Shown here: positions 28,901 to 38,590 of the stretch, piece after piece
Position numbering within the stretch: the first letter of the stretch is position 1
Layout of the letters: each line of letters starts with the position of its first letter
Assembly: GCA_002633005.1 (NCBI GenBank)
Contig: NMRA01000224.1
Span: forward strand, 315,072-379,071
Reading direction: 5' to 3'
Length of the DNA stretch: 64,000 nt
Source of the DNA: Phoronis australis
Taxonomy: Eukaryota; Animalia; Phoronida
The notes under the pieces: model-generated
Database searches by the model: none
What the model saw: only the letters and a program-made list of their open reading frames with translations
Told to the model about the DNA's origin: nothing
Made by a program: the position numbers and the translations under genes

Positions 28901-31900
28901 TAAAATCTAATGAAACATGCATACATGCACATGGAGTTATAATTAACACATACCATAAGCCTGGAGATGATTCAGTAAAAATAACTTGAACATATCGATG
29001 ATAATCTGTCGCGGTTTGTTCGAGTTTCTTTTACCAGGTGCCATTTTGAGGAAATTACATGAAATCACACATGTTGACGAATAAAAAGTCCAAGGGACAC
29101 AAATCTTACAAATTTCATCTGATACCTTCCCACGCTATTTTGCGCCAGCGTCACACTCTTCACTCAGTCTCGCACTAGCCTTTGCCAAACTCACGTGGCT
29201 CAGTTGAAATATTTTGTGGTTAACGCTCGCGCGCGGTGCAAAAGTAAATAGTTACCAAAAAGTGGAGTTAGAATTCTTCACCAAAGTCACCTTAATTCTC
29301 GTAACTAAGCTTCATCGAAAATATGTGTAGAAGCAGGGCTCGACATAACGAGCTGCAGGTCGCATTTGCGACCTGAAATTTGGAAATGCTAGCTGAGGTT
29401 TTTTTCAGATTGTATCAAGTCGCAAAATGTGACCTGGAATTTCCAACGTATGCGAGCTGAGTTTTTTTATTTCTAGGCAGATATCGGGGAAATATAAAGC
29501 AACTCTTGTTAATCCGACCGTTATTTGGTTGTTGCCAAATCCAAGTTCAAAAGAACACCAACCGAGAACAGCCCTCCCGATGACTTGTAAGCAAGTCGCG
29601 TGAACATGGGATATGCAGAATCGATCTTTGACGTGTTTCTTTGGCTAACGTTTTCGGACACTTCTGCAAATTTCAAAATTTTTTGCCGAAGAAAGTTTCG
29701 AGCCACTGCATAACAAGCGACAAAACGTCACAAAACAGCGACATTTCTATTAATTCTTAAGCAGTCATCTTACCAAACTTTGTGGTGGACAAATATGTTT
29801 ATTTTTGACACAAAATGCCCTTATTACATGTACCAAATATCCACGACAATATCCCTGATATCTGATCACTCACTGCGGCACTTCTCGGTCCCGTTGTTTA
29901 AGCGTGCAAGCGGTCCTGGCAGACAATCGTGACTTAAAGATGTGCGTCTCATTTTTTATCGCATAAGACAGCCAAAGTGAAAATGACAACCCTATTAATC
30001 GCCAAACGACGGCCACGTATAAATTTACTTTCAGTTGCCAAGAAATTCTCAAACCCCTTTACTTGTTTCTAGGGCTACAAGCGCAAAGTATGTTTTGTCT
30101 TTCACTCGTTGTTGCCAACGTAAAGTGTAGGCCTACTCCAGCGATTCAAGTGCGTGAACTCACGCGTGCACACCACTTCAAAGCTGCACATCAAAAGAGA
30201 ACAGCAACATGTCCTAAATGAAAGAGTATACCGGCTTGGCTCTGTTAAGCACTCGGGTGCCAGTGGTTTATCTGAAAATGAATTCATAGATTCCCAGCGG
30301 TTATAAAAGGCCCGGTACTTTACGATATTCCCCGGGACCGATGTAACCCAGAACTGAAATTTTCCTGTTTCGATGTTTCCCGAGGTCGATGTTCCCAAAA
30401 CCCTATATTCTATGCACTTAGCGAACTTTTTATTCTTCTCTTCATACACTCCCCCCGGCAACTTTTCACACCCCGGACCACCGTCGCCATAAAATGTTCA
30501 GACTCCAATAGAAACAATCTTGTTCCAGTTGAAGTGGGCAATTAAAAACAAAATTATTCCGTGTGGCAAAAAAGGGTACAGTGTAGGTGGTAACGATATC
30601 CAGAAAGTCACCCCTACTAGATGGAGTCTGCCTCGCAAAATCGTATCATTATAATGTTTCTTACCATTGCAGTCTTTTAATAACTTATTACCGCAAACAC
30701 TCAGGTTAACAACTATGCTCACGTACAAGCCTACTCCCTTCCTTTGAAGAGTTTCATAATAAGCGCTCACTGATCTATTAAGCGTCCCCCCTCAACTAGC
30801 GCCCATCATAGCGCACTACAAACGACCGCACGTGGTTTAAAATTGACATGTAGCCTATATAGTGTGTCACTCTCATTTTACACAACAAGTTCAATTTTCA
30901 AAAACGTCTTTTCTTAATATGTAAAAACCAAATCCTGGCTTTGTTTTATACCCCAGAAAGATAGTTAACACTACTGTGACTGACCTATTTTTCCCGTACT
31001 TTGAAGGTAGAGGGGCAAACTCCAATTACCCGATGCAAACCTGCACGGAGTCCGAAATTATTTTGAGGCTATTCATTTAATGGAAAACTAATTGTTGAGT
31101 ACATAAACAGTATAAGTACCACATTTTTGTTATGAAATTTGCACTGAGTTCAGTTAGGGCATCGTTTCACGGATTTTTTCGACAGATGTTTTTCAAACGT
31201 TGAGTTAAGTTGCAAAATTTGGGCTGCAAACAAAAAGTGGAGGGAATTTGCACTCCGAGTTAGGTTGGATCTTTAAAGACTATTGATGACAGGCAGTATC
31301 AGGTCAGACCTAGCAAAATCGAGGACACTTTTTCAAAGGGCATTTTCTCCCTTTTTACATCGCAAACTTAGCTACTCGAATGCACGTGTCAGTTAGAGAG
31401 CACTGATTCAACTTTCATGTCGGCAACTTGCCTTGCGCTTCAGAGCCTTTCAATGGCGGTCTTGAAGAACAGTAACCCCCGTACTTGCATGAACGAACTC
31501 AATTTTGCGATCTGAAATTTGTGAGTATTTAACGGTGCAGTACAATCTAAACATTTTCTCGATGATCTAAAAAATCAATTTTGGCACGTAAAAATGGCGG
31601 AAAAAAATTGCGACCTGGCATTTATGAATGCGAGCTGGATTTCAAAAAAGCGACCTGGGATTTTGGCTAGGTCGCAAAACGCTGGCGATTTTAATAGCAT
31701 CGAGCCCTGAGAAGTAGAAAGGACCACTGAGAAAGTAAGTGCTTCTTTTAAGTGATAGTTTAGAGTGGAATGTATTTTTGACGAGCTTTTTTAAGTGATA
31801 GTTAAAGTGTGGAATGTATTTTTGACGTGCTGAAAACTCTTAATCGGTGACCAGATTTGGCCTACCACCCCTTTAAAATACACTGAATGAAATTCGTACA

Positions 31901-32374
31901 GAAAACGATGGGAAGTATTGTAGCCCCTAACAGGCCAACCGAGGGGCTACGTCAGTACGTGTTGCCTACTGGTACTACGTCATAACGAAACTGGTCACAT
32001 TTCTCCTGAATTGTCACCCTTGCATTGCACGGGATATTAAACACATTTCATTACACTTCGGTACTTACAGTCGAGATGAACTTCTTTAAATTGTCACCTA
32101 TAATGGCATTTTTAAAAATCTTGTATTGTGCTTTGCATTTCGTGTCGTCGGTGTCGCGGCGAGAACGGAGGAGTTTCGAACTTATCCTACGCAGAACGCT
32201 TTCTCTTTTGTTTGCCGACTCTTCCAAAACTGCAGTGTTTCGTTGATGACGTTCTAGTACGACAGTTGATGTTCGAATTTTTGATAAAAGTGAGTGGTTA
32301 ACTATAGTTGCAGACAAAATGTGGCCAAACATGCAAGAAAAAATAACCAACACCAACTTCCCGTAAGTCGCCAT
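4979..32374 (-). CDS. SORT1: Sortilin (Vps10p-domain sorting receptor), 21 coding exons, 856 aa
   Basis: All exons are bounded by AG/GT with consistent phases and sum to 2571 nt. The protein aligns by eye with vertebrate sortilin motifs: [78 protein letters not shown], a TM segment, YRYSSL and an acidic tail. Confidence 0.95.
5150..5205 (-). mobile_element. tRNA-derived (SINE-like) fragment
   Basis: B-box GGTTCGAGTCC within a T-arm-like hairpin on the minus strand; no full cloverleaf. Confidence 0.45.
5445..5559 (-). CDS. SORT1: Sortilin exon 20 (cytoplasmic tail)
   Basis: ttgaag|HITYRYSSLSQSDEFDYDNDFENALVEHATIYEDTSDD|gtgagt; YxxL motif and acidic cluster. Confidence 0.88.
6388..6512 (-). 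CDS. SORT1: Sortilin exon 19 (transmembrane helix)
   Basis: tttcag|VNNTK...VTAVVIIVVLIVLAMLVLLGRKFYLNR|gtatga. Confidence 0.92.
6739..6871 (-). CDS. SORT1: Sortilin exon 18
   Basis: gttcag|[12 protein letters not shown]...KDAV|gtgagt. Confidence 0.92.
8060..8186 (+). pseudogene. Degenerate THAP-domain N-terminus (DNA transposon relic)
   Basis: MPTKYYSCAVGCNSDVRKFNKLDKY / frameshift / MRDVKFFTFPTSRR. Confidence 0.5.
8240..8477. repeat. Tandem repeat, 79 bp x3, overlapping the exon 17 donor
   Basis: gagttctattgccgtg starts at 8241, 8320 and 8399. Confidence 0.95.
8473..8589 (-). CDS. SORT1: Sortilin exon 17 (10CC)
   Basis: tttcag|[38 protein letters not shown](G)|gtttgt. Confidence 0.92.
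8586..8955. repeat. Degenerate short tandem repeat (gtcactgaaataac) overlapping the exon 17 acceptor
   Basis: More than 10 copies of (g)tcactgaaa(taac) at irregular ~20-35 bp spacing. Confidence 0.85.
9768..9842 (-). CDS. SORT1: Sortilin exon 16 (10CC)
   Basis: ttgcag|CHNGYPHEVESTKKSCTCRREDYE(C)|gtgaga. Confidence 0.92.
10217..10337 (-). CDS. SORT1: Sortilin exon 15 (10CC)
   Basis: ttctag|CQPEDYQSWTAH...GCLLGARVTYTRLKVDS(W)|gtacgt. Confidence 0.92.
10533..10809 (-). CDS. SORT1: Sortilin exon 14
   Basis: ttgtag|ALKGPHHYQIADHGGLLVAV...[10 protein letters not shown]...TEPGG...IDFLTVIPRQ|gtaggt. Confidence 0.93.
10875..11299. mobile_element. MITE with ~40-bp TIRs
   Basis: gtgaccggttgcatgaaacagtcccaaatagggactcaact ... 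agttgagtccctatttgggactgtttcatgcaaccggccac; a second left end at 37454. Confidence 0.9.
11901..11977 (-). CDS. SORT1: Sortilin exon 13
   Basis: ctccag|[26 protein letters not shown]|gtaaca. Confidence 0.92.
12510..12612 (-). CDS. SORT1: Sortilin exon 12
   Basis: ttgcag|ACNLQIHNAYSVSRHIPSSPPLSIPTAPGIVLVH(G)|gtatgt. Confidence 0.92.
13076..13326 (-). CDS. SORT1: Sortilin exon 11
   Basis: ttccag|[26 protein letters not shown]...FDKGAEWKPIKRPVGVACKDEAK|gtcatt (weak donor). Confidence 0.9.
13332..13412. repeat. 41-bp tandem duplication at the exon 11 acceptor
   Basis: acaaaatgggatgttctgaga(a/g)gtgccacccacg x2. Confidence 0.9.
14008..14476. mobile_element. Non-autonomous hAT-like element with 6-bp TSD
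   Basis: TAAGTT|CAGGGCTTG ... CAAGCCCTG|TAAGTT. Confidence 0.85.
15381..15441 (-). CDS. SORT1: Sortilin exon 10
   Basis: ttacag|[20 protein letters not shown]|gtgagt. Confidence 0.92.
16154..16332. mobile_element. ~180-bp MITE, copy 1
   Basis: TIR aattgacctatc / gataggccaatt; a closely similar copy at 60220-60397. Confidence 0.85.
16366..16452 (-). CDS. SORT1: Sortilin exon 9
   Basis: ttacag|DQFNRFMKVSTDSGRTWNAVQLPTLTSDR|gtacga. Confidence 0.9.
16947..17058. repeat. ~44-bp tandem repeat x3
   Basis: gaa(g/a)aactggtgacttatagaat repeated. Confidence 0.85.
17170..17303 (-). CDS. SORT1: Sortilin exon 8
   Basis: ttttag|IEHNDFYLDCTDSFG...KVFSFQVKGRFLFASTGQ|gtatgt. Confidence 0.88.
17761..17915. 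repeat. ~37-bp tandem repeat x4
   Basis: ttttaaagcagtgttctcactacacaggatacatac repeated. Confidence 0.85.
18040..18330 (+). repeat. Dispersed repeat, copy 1 (copy 2 at ~20042-20310)
   Basis: Shared tggccaa...catatagc.acgatgtgaata...ccagtaagtatcgtgac.tggtg.tggggaataaca.tgcat...gcactttgtttag. Confidence 0.8.
18412..18659. mobile_element. PIF/Harbinger-like MITE
   Basis: CTG|GGGCCCGTTCCAA.AAACTGACTTA ... TAAGTCAGTTTCTTGGAACGGGCCC|CTG; 3-bp CWG TSD. Confidence 0.88.
19579..19673 (-). CDS. SORT1: Sortilin exon 7
   Basis: ttacag|(W)HDDMENPSENKQGTIYVQTSPKLVKGASLQD|gtaagt; phases 2/1 fit the neighbouring exons. Confidence 0.8.
20042..20310 (+). repeat. Dispersed repeat, copy 2
   Basis: Direct similarity to 18040-18330. 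Confidence 0.8.
21291..21361 (-). CDS. SORT1: Sortilin exon 6
   Basis: ttctag|TLYLSQDGGRTWTLIHEHVYKFA(W)|gtaagt; Asp-box. Confidence 0.9.
21514..21830 (+). mobile_element. tRNA-derived SINE
   Basis: A-box TGGCTCAGTGG and B-box GGTTCGAATC; the body matches the inverted copy at 55340-55616. Confidence 0.75.
22900..23230 (+). pseudogene. KolX / P2X7 C-terminal-like Cys-rich ORF relic
   Basis: GYQFKLEYTDQE...LPWCQ*ANGTVMETTDACVCCHEIPQVK...TDHTYF, with stops and frameshifts. Confidence 0.75.
23407..23607 (-). pseudogene. THAP domain relic (transposase N-terminus)
   Basis: MVWCIVLACANY...EP...RKWL...LRVC. Confidence 0.8.
23834..24000. repeat. ~37-bp tandem repeat x4-5
   Basis: actgactcagtaagtgttgccatgatagcaatatcag repeated. 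Confidence 0.85.
24084..24251 (-). CDS. SORT1: Sortilin exon 5
   Basis: cag|VIIVVYTETTTSDVFITENGGDDF...LPF...FHPKDSKYMLAHSLQHF|gtaagt. Confidence 0.9.
25127..25229 (-). CDS. SORT1: Sortilin exon 4
   Basis: ttccag|(S)KDDGRTFTLINSKVNDRLIRKDNGLLKNNYNPLH|gtaagt; Asp-box SxDxGxTF. Confidence 0.88.
25566..25730. repeat. Degenerate short tandem repeat (acagggtcacc)
   Basis: About 7 copies next to the exon 3 donor. Confidence 0.75.
25751..25818 (-). CDS. SORT1: Sortilin exon 3
   Basis: ttgcag|RILVAVTQEFFGVLAQPSSLYH(S)|gttagt. Confidence 0.85.
27498..27560 (-). CDS. SORT1: Sortilin exon 2
   Basis: ttgcag|TRFVNETKTNMAVVWAGQNNG|gtaagt. Confidence 0.85.
27899..31945. mobile_element. Foldback element with ~700-bp imperfect inverted arms; the right arm is interrupted by an insertion
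   Basis: 27899-28600 is the reverse complement of 28800-29333 plus 31710-31945. Confidence 0.85.
29334..31709. mobile_element. Non-autonomous hAT-like element with 5-bp TSD, nested in the foldback
   Basis: AGAAG|CAGGGCTCGA ... TCGAGCCCTG|AGAAG; subterminal GCGACCT/AGGTCGC repeats. Confidence 0.85.
32069..32374 (-). CDS. SORT1: Sortilin exon 1 (signal peptide, propeptide, RSRR furin site)
   Basis: MATYGKLVLVIFSCMFGHILSA...LLRSRRDTDDTKC...FIST, then donor GTAAGT, phase 0. Confidence 0.88.
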
Positions 32375-32381
32375 GTTTACC

Positions 32382-32420
32382 CACGTGACACGCGATGAAA
32401 CGTCATCCAAGTCACATGAC
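32382..32420. promoter_or_regulatory. Two CLEAR/M-box-like E-boxes next to the sortilin start codon
   Basis: CACGTGAC at 32382-32389 and GTCACATGAC at 32411-32420. Confidence 0.55.
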
Positions 32421-34067
32421 AGAAACTAATCGTGTAAACAAGCCGTACTCAGGTGAATTTTTGTTCATTGTAAAGAATTTTTGTAATTGGTCTAGTGATT
32501 ACCCATTTTCTCCTTTATCGTAACTTGTGCCAAATAATCGGAGGTCTATTTGATGAATAAGTTCGAGCGTCATCGGGTCAGTCTAGGCAATATCACGGTG
32601 AGAAACAACTAACTATCCGGGTACTGTTATCGGCTTCCAGGCGGATATAGTTTAACTTCGCTAAGCAAAAATTAAGGTGCTCTGTCGCTAAGTGCAGTTC
32701 ATGAATTCGATCGTGCTCCAAAAAATAGCTCTCCGGCACCAAAGTTGAGTTCAGTGGAATCCCCGTATTATTTTAGCTAGGCTATGTTTTCTATTCGCAT
32801 TTTAACTATTGCAATCTCATCGAATGTTGCACTTTTGCGGCTCCAACAGCGCACCCAAGCTATCAGAACTCCAGGGCAACATTAAGGAAATACAACTGGC
32901 AGGCATCAAGTAGTTCTTGACTTGTAACGTGAACGGTTTGCGGGCTATAATCATAAGTGCAAATCATTCACTGTGCAGGTTTTACAAGCTGTGATGACTT
33001 TACGTTGTAATTTTGTGATACTTATGTCCCTACTGAGATTATTTATTTACTGTAAATTATTTTTTTTTGAATCTATAAATCTTAAAAATCCTTTTAATGT
33101 TTGTGCCATTTGTTAATTGTTTATCGCGGTTATTGTACTGTCATAATATTAGAGTAGGGAACACAGGGGGAGTCTTATTATTACCACCAGGAATATTGGG
33201 GGGACCCGTTTCCGCCTACTTTTGCAAAAATTTGGTTGAGGGGGCGTTCGCCTCCCCTGAGCCTCTTCGGACCCCGGTTCCTACGCCTACGTGGGCGGCG
33301 CAGCACTGAAAAAATTGGGGGCTATAACCCCGGCCACAGCCCCCCTGTGCCGGGTCCACCGCCCATGGCCATGAGTGACATGGCCCAATGTGCAATGTTG
33401 TATTGTTGCAGTGACACGCTTGAGGAAAGAACAGGTGTCAGAAAAGCCAGTTCCAATTGTGTGGCTATTATTTTCCAGTTCAGAGACTCGTGCTTGAGCG
33501 TCCATGGTGCAAATTAAGCTGTATACGAACTAAATATAATTTGCGACGATGCGGGTTAAAACTGATCAAACAAAATCTAACAACTAAATTCGTGTCATTA
33601 CCAGTGCTAGAAAAATTGGCGTTTTGCTGTTATTCTAATACTTAAGTTGTGGAGCCAGATTTTATGCGTCGGCTTTCGGCGCCATGAAATATACCGTCAC
33701 CTATTGACCAGTGTCATTTTCCCCATTCTTCAATCAACCGTTCTCTTCCACGAGGTTGCATACATGTCGCAAAAAATTATCGGATTTTTTTCACTTCGTT
33801 ACAAGCTTTTAGTATTTTAATACCAGCAAGCCGAAATTCAGAACAAATTTTACTACTGTGAAACAGCCGTCATTTACTGAGAGATGTCATGACAAAAATT
33901 AAATTAGGAAATGGCACGTGCGCGTGTCACGATCGTACTATTTTCAAAACGACGACAGATTTTTCTTTGTTACAAAAGGCGGAGAATTATGCAAGAAAAT
34001 GACGTTTATTAGATTGGTTTTTACTTGAACGGCTGCAGCGAGCAAGTGTCGGCTGACTTACATATTT

Positions 34068-35667
34068 TCAGGGGTACCATAGAATCATACGTACGAACAT
34101 CGCATATTACGCTCAAACGAACCTGTGTATCATGAACACGAAACCATGAATCATGCTTACGAATCCAAAAAATCACGCCAACGAACAAACAACATGCGCA
34201 CGACTCACAGGCCACACATACGAACACAGCGGCACGAGCATCCGAATCATATGAACGAACCGTCGATCAAGTGTTCGTGCGTGCGATTTGATACTCCTGA
34301 GTATGATTTTGTGTTCTTTTATTGTTTGTGCGCAAAAGTTTTGTTCGTATACGAGGTTTTTGGGTTCGTATGCGTGATTCGTGGGTTCATGTGCACGTTC
34401 CATAGGTTCGTAGGTGATTCGTGCGCATGCCGTGAATATTACGCTTACAAGGAAGTCGTACGTTTCTAAAGATATGCGGGAATTTTAACCGCTCGTCCTT
34501 TTGGGCGGCTTTTACCAGGATTAAAGAGAGCGCGGCGCCGGAATCAGGTACACTTGTGATGACCGCATTGCCCGATGCGAGCAACACCCAATTAAATTTA
34601 ATTATCCGACCATAAGCTGTATTAAGCATCTGTGACTGTACATAATGGAGAATTTTCAAAATGCATTAACCGCTAATTTTTGTTTAAAACGAACACCACG
34701 GCGGTATTCAACTGGAAAAAACAACCAAGTACGGTTTTCGATTGTTAAAAATCGATGAACTAATAATCTAAAAACTACAACCATTGGGTACGATTGAAGA
34801 TAAACTAAAGCGCATATTGATATACTCGGTGGATATAAAAACGCTGATCAGAGTTAACAATATCATATGGATTCATTTTTTAATATTCTTTGAATCTCGT
34901 TTAACTAGATTTTTGACCAAGAAACAGTTGTACGTAACTTGTGCCCACTTTTCATTTTTTATTACTGACAAAGAGCTACAATAGTTATATAGTCAATTCC
35001 ACCGAAATTGTCCAGAGATTCCAAATCTTCAGTTCTGGTTATCACCATATTTGCAATTTTATATATATTTTATGATTTGAGTTCTAATAAAGATTAAACT
35101 TTAATGACACGTGAAATGTTTAGTGTACCTGTAATGTGAAAAGTTTAGGGATGTGCTCACAATGAAGTTAACTAATTAAGATTCGCTGGCGGTCAAAATC
35201 TACCTCTGTTTTGGTACTTTAACTTTAAAACTTAGATAAAAAGTTATCAACCCGTTCTCGGTAAGAAAAAAAACAAGTGGGCAGAAGCATTAAAAAATAA
35301 ATAACGAAAACCAATATGAAACATATCGTTCCTTTGGGAAGTGGCCCTTTGTGAAGATAAACACAAGTTAACCTTTTTAGTCATTTTGTAATATTTATGA
35401 TGTACCGAGCTAAAACTACTCTCCAGATTTGCAGGCTGTGACTCTGCAAATGTCAGAGAAAACCAAATTGGGGTACTAACAACAACCATTGTTGAGACAG
35501 TAATGCTAGCTATTGTTTTTCCACTTCATTAACTCAGATCTACATCAATACAAAGGGCGTGCTGAATAGGCATCGTAAAGGGAATCTGAGCGGTGACCAG
35601 TGTAAGCGAGAAATTCTCCACATGGTAAGATGCGATGCTCGTTCATGTGGTTTTATGGTACCCCTGA
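34068..35667. mobile_element. Non-autonomous TIR element (~44-bp TIR) with an internal palindrome at 34090-34465
   Basis: Left TCAGGGGTACCATAGAATCATACGTACGAACATCGCAT; right end reverse-complemented TCAGGGGTACCATAAAACCACATGAACGAGCATCGCAT; TSD unresolved. Confidence 0.75.
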
Positions 35668-36218
35668 TTTCGCATAAACTCTCGCCGGTTTTTAGCTCTG
35701 CATGTTGCTATTAGTTTCATGACGAGGTGACGAGCAGAATTATTCAGGCTGTTTGAAAATTCGTGGTATATCGGGTGGGTGGTTCCTAGCTGTATTTTGA
35801 CGATAATTTCACGCAGCTAGCTGGCTGGCTAGCTAGCTTGAAGGTACATGTAGCCCTACGTGAAGTGCAGCCGATACATGGTTCGTAACTCCCGTTTGGT
35901 CGTAAACTAAGTTTGTTGTGTTTGTTGTTTTTATTTTTCTTTCGCATTTTTCACAGCACGTGAAACTAGTTCATGAAACCAAGTCACGCTTTTCAGCAAT
36001 TCTAGTGACATCGAAAACCTTCCTCACCTGCCATGAATCTGCATCCGTTCCTGTGCTATTCTGATTCTGTATGAGGCAACGGCAGATTGGTGCGGTCGGA
36101 TGACGAGAGTCGTGAGTAAAGTTATCAACCGAAGGTATTTGTAAAAACGCAAGTTGTCGTTGCTCGAAATTTAATATGCTAATTTGTTCCAAGCTTCACG
36201 AGGAAAACGTACATTGCA

Positions 36219-36818
36219 ATGGCAAAGAACGAGAATACAAAATCCTTAGGAGGTCCATCACCAGGAATGAGTAAAAGAAGGGTTGGTTACATTGCAAACA
36301 ATGTTAGACCTAGTTCTGTTGCCCGCGCGTCACAAATCGCGCGAATTTATGGGCGTTCACTTCAGTCTGACGGAAATGCAAAGAAGACTTCTAAATGCTC
36401 ATCAGACGATATCCGGAAATATGACTTCAAACATATGCTAGCGGGACGTTGCGCTCAGGCAATCAGCAGGCAGAACACGAATGACGACTTTTTGGTCTCG
36501 TGTTTCGATGCCCGCAAACAAGAAATGACAAAAAATGACAGAAGGGACTACCAGGGCCCAAGTGATCGAGACAAACGGGCGATGATCGCGTACTATTCCC
36601 CTCATGAGTGGCGCTGTAAGTACATAGGTGACCACTTCTCGTCTCAGATGAACAAGAAAATAAACGAATTGCGCCTGGAAATAGATAACATAATAAACAA
36701 AGGGAGAAAGATGCTCGGGCCCACGTCAAAGAAAACAATTCCTAGTGGACAAAGGAGCCAGATGCTATCAGGAGGTCTGGATATAGTCCCTATAAGGAAA
36801 ACATGTTTGCAAAGATGA
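36219..36818 (+). CDS. Uncharacterised 199-aa ORF, possibly continuing in the -1 frame to 36985
   Basis: 600-nt ORF with good ATG context (gcaATGG) and protein-like composition; AATAAA at 37014. Confidence 0.5.
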   Translation: MAKNENTKSLGGPSPGMSKRRVGYIANNVRPSSVARASQIARIYGRSLQSDGNAKKTSKCSSDDIRKYDFKHMLAGRCAQAISRQNTNDDFLVSCFDARKQEMTKNDRRDYQGPSDRDKRAMIAYYSPHEWRCKYIGDHFSSQMNKKINELRLEIDNIINKGRKMLGPTSKKTIPSGQRSQMLSGGLDIVPIRKTCLQR

Positions 36819-37453
36819 ACAGGCCACAATGCGAATCAGCAATGACGCCAATTTCCAGTTTGGTTAATTCAAGCAGAGAGACCGACTTGATCCTGCAAGC
36901 AATGAGCGCGGCTAACAGACTTGAACACGAACAAGAACCACGGAAAAACAAATATCTTAGACAGCGCAACATGAAATACATATAACCTCATTGATTCTGT
37001 GGAATTATTTGTTAATAAACACCAATGAGTTCGTTTTCATGGTCCGTTACTGATGAATTGAACTTGAATTCCTACACTGTTTTAGATAAATCAAATTATA
37101 TTCAAATGTCTTTTTTAAAGTATTATAATTACCAGATATTTGTGCTTGGAATAAGAAGTGGAAATTATGATGTTGTCAAACCAACTAGAGGTTTAATCAG
37201 TAAACAAGCAGCAGACGAAAGCTTGCGCCCATTTTCCGTGTTGTCAAAAGATGGCACTGTATCCTGCAGCGCGCGAACTTATGCAGTAGTGGTGAAGAGC
37301 GGAGGGGTGGTGTCACGGTTCATGGATATAAAATCATTAGTTTCACGGTTAACGACCCCTTAGATTTCACAGACAACTAAATATTTTTGCTTCTTCACCG
37401 GTCGCCATTAATTTCTCCACCTTTTTGACCGTGTCCAGGAAGGGTGGGACCCT

Positions 37454-37760
37454 GTGGTCGGTTGCATGAAACTGTCCCAAATAGGGACTCAACTAAGTTC
37501 CATAAATCTTTTTCATATTTGTTTCGTTCATTAGGCATAGATGTAATGTTTTCATCGTTTTTATATTTATTATGAAATTTTCTTTGTCATTTTCTATTAA
37601 TATAACTGTAACCTGAGCCGTTAATGCAATCAAAATGATTAGCGATTTAGTCCTAAATTGGGAGCGTTGCTCGAAAAGTTTCCTACTTATTTTCGACAAT
37701 ATTGAGAATCCAATGTAGAGTTCACTCTCATTTAGTATCAAAGCCAAAAACTAGTGTAGT
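37454..37760. mobile_element. Truncated copy of the MITE at 10875-11299
   Basis: gtggtcggttgcatgaaactgtcccaaatagggactcaact; right boundary approximate. Confidence 0.7.
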
Positions 37761-38033
37761 GATGATACTCAAACAGCATAAGATAAGATAATCGCTATTT
37801 TATATATATGTACGTACGTAGTACGATATGCAAAATTGATTAAACACACGACACTTTTAGTTATTAACAGTCTTTTTTCCGTTCCGTTCGTATGGTCGGA
37901 ATAAAACTTTACACTCAACGGAACATTGGTGAAGTAATTGACCAAGAGACATGATTAAAAGGTACACGATATTTCGAAACAAACTTGTTTCATTCTCCCT
38001 ATTGACAAATGTTTTATATATAGGCGTCTGTGT

Positions 38034-38590
38034 ATGATGCATAGGTGCTTTCACGGTAATGTACCGACTTATCTATCTCATAATCTCGTACTTGTTCGAA
38101 ATAGCCACCAGATCAGGACAAGATTTTCTGCCTCAAACAATTTGGTTTTGCCCAGACACAGAACATCGTTTTATTCTAAGTCCTTCTTTATTCAGACCAT
38201 CAAACAGTGGAACAATTTGCCTAATAGTCTTAAGGATGCTGATTGTTATAATAATTTCAGACACCACCTCATCAGTTACCTGTGGTCGTCATAGATGTCC
38301 CTCCTTTTTGTCTTTCCAATATATTTACCAAACATTTTTTTTATTTATTTATCTTTAATTCAATTTGTTTATCCGATTTGTAAATTCTATTTTATTTAAT
38401 GTATCTTATTGTATCTTAATTTAATCTGTTTATCTAACTTAATTTAATTAATTTAATTTCTTGCTGCAGAGGACCATGCTTGATATTAGCCTTTAGCTAA
38501 AGCATGTTTTACATTTATTGTATTTTTATCCTCTTTAAATAAAGTTTATTTTTATTATTATTATTATTATTATCATTATTATTATTATTA
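38034..38590 (+). mobile_element. 3' end of a CR1/L2-group LINE
   Basis: PTYLS...H..RTR...LVLP...KSFF...IKQWNNLP.SLK...F motif, then AATAAA and a (TTA)n tail at 38550-38590. Confidence 0.85.

Noticed and set aside
32375-32410. N-terminal extension of sortilin suggested by the ORF track
   Set aside because: It starts at TTG; ATG 32374 has good context (aacATGG) and directly precedes the signal peptide.
34125-34469. Overlapping ORFs on both strands
   Set aside because: By-product of the palindromic repeat.
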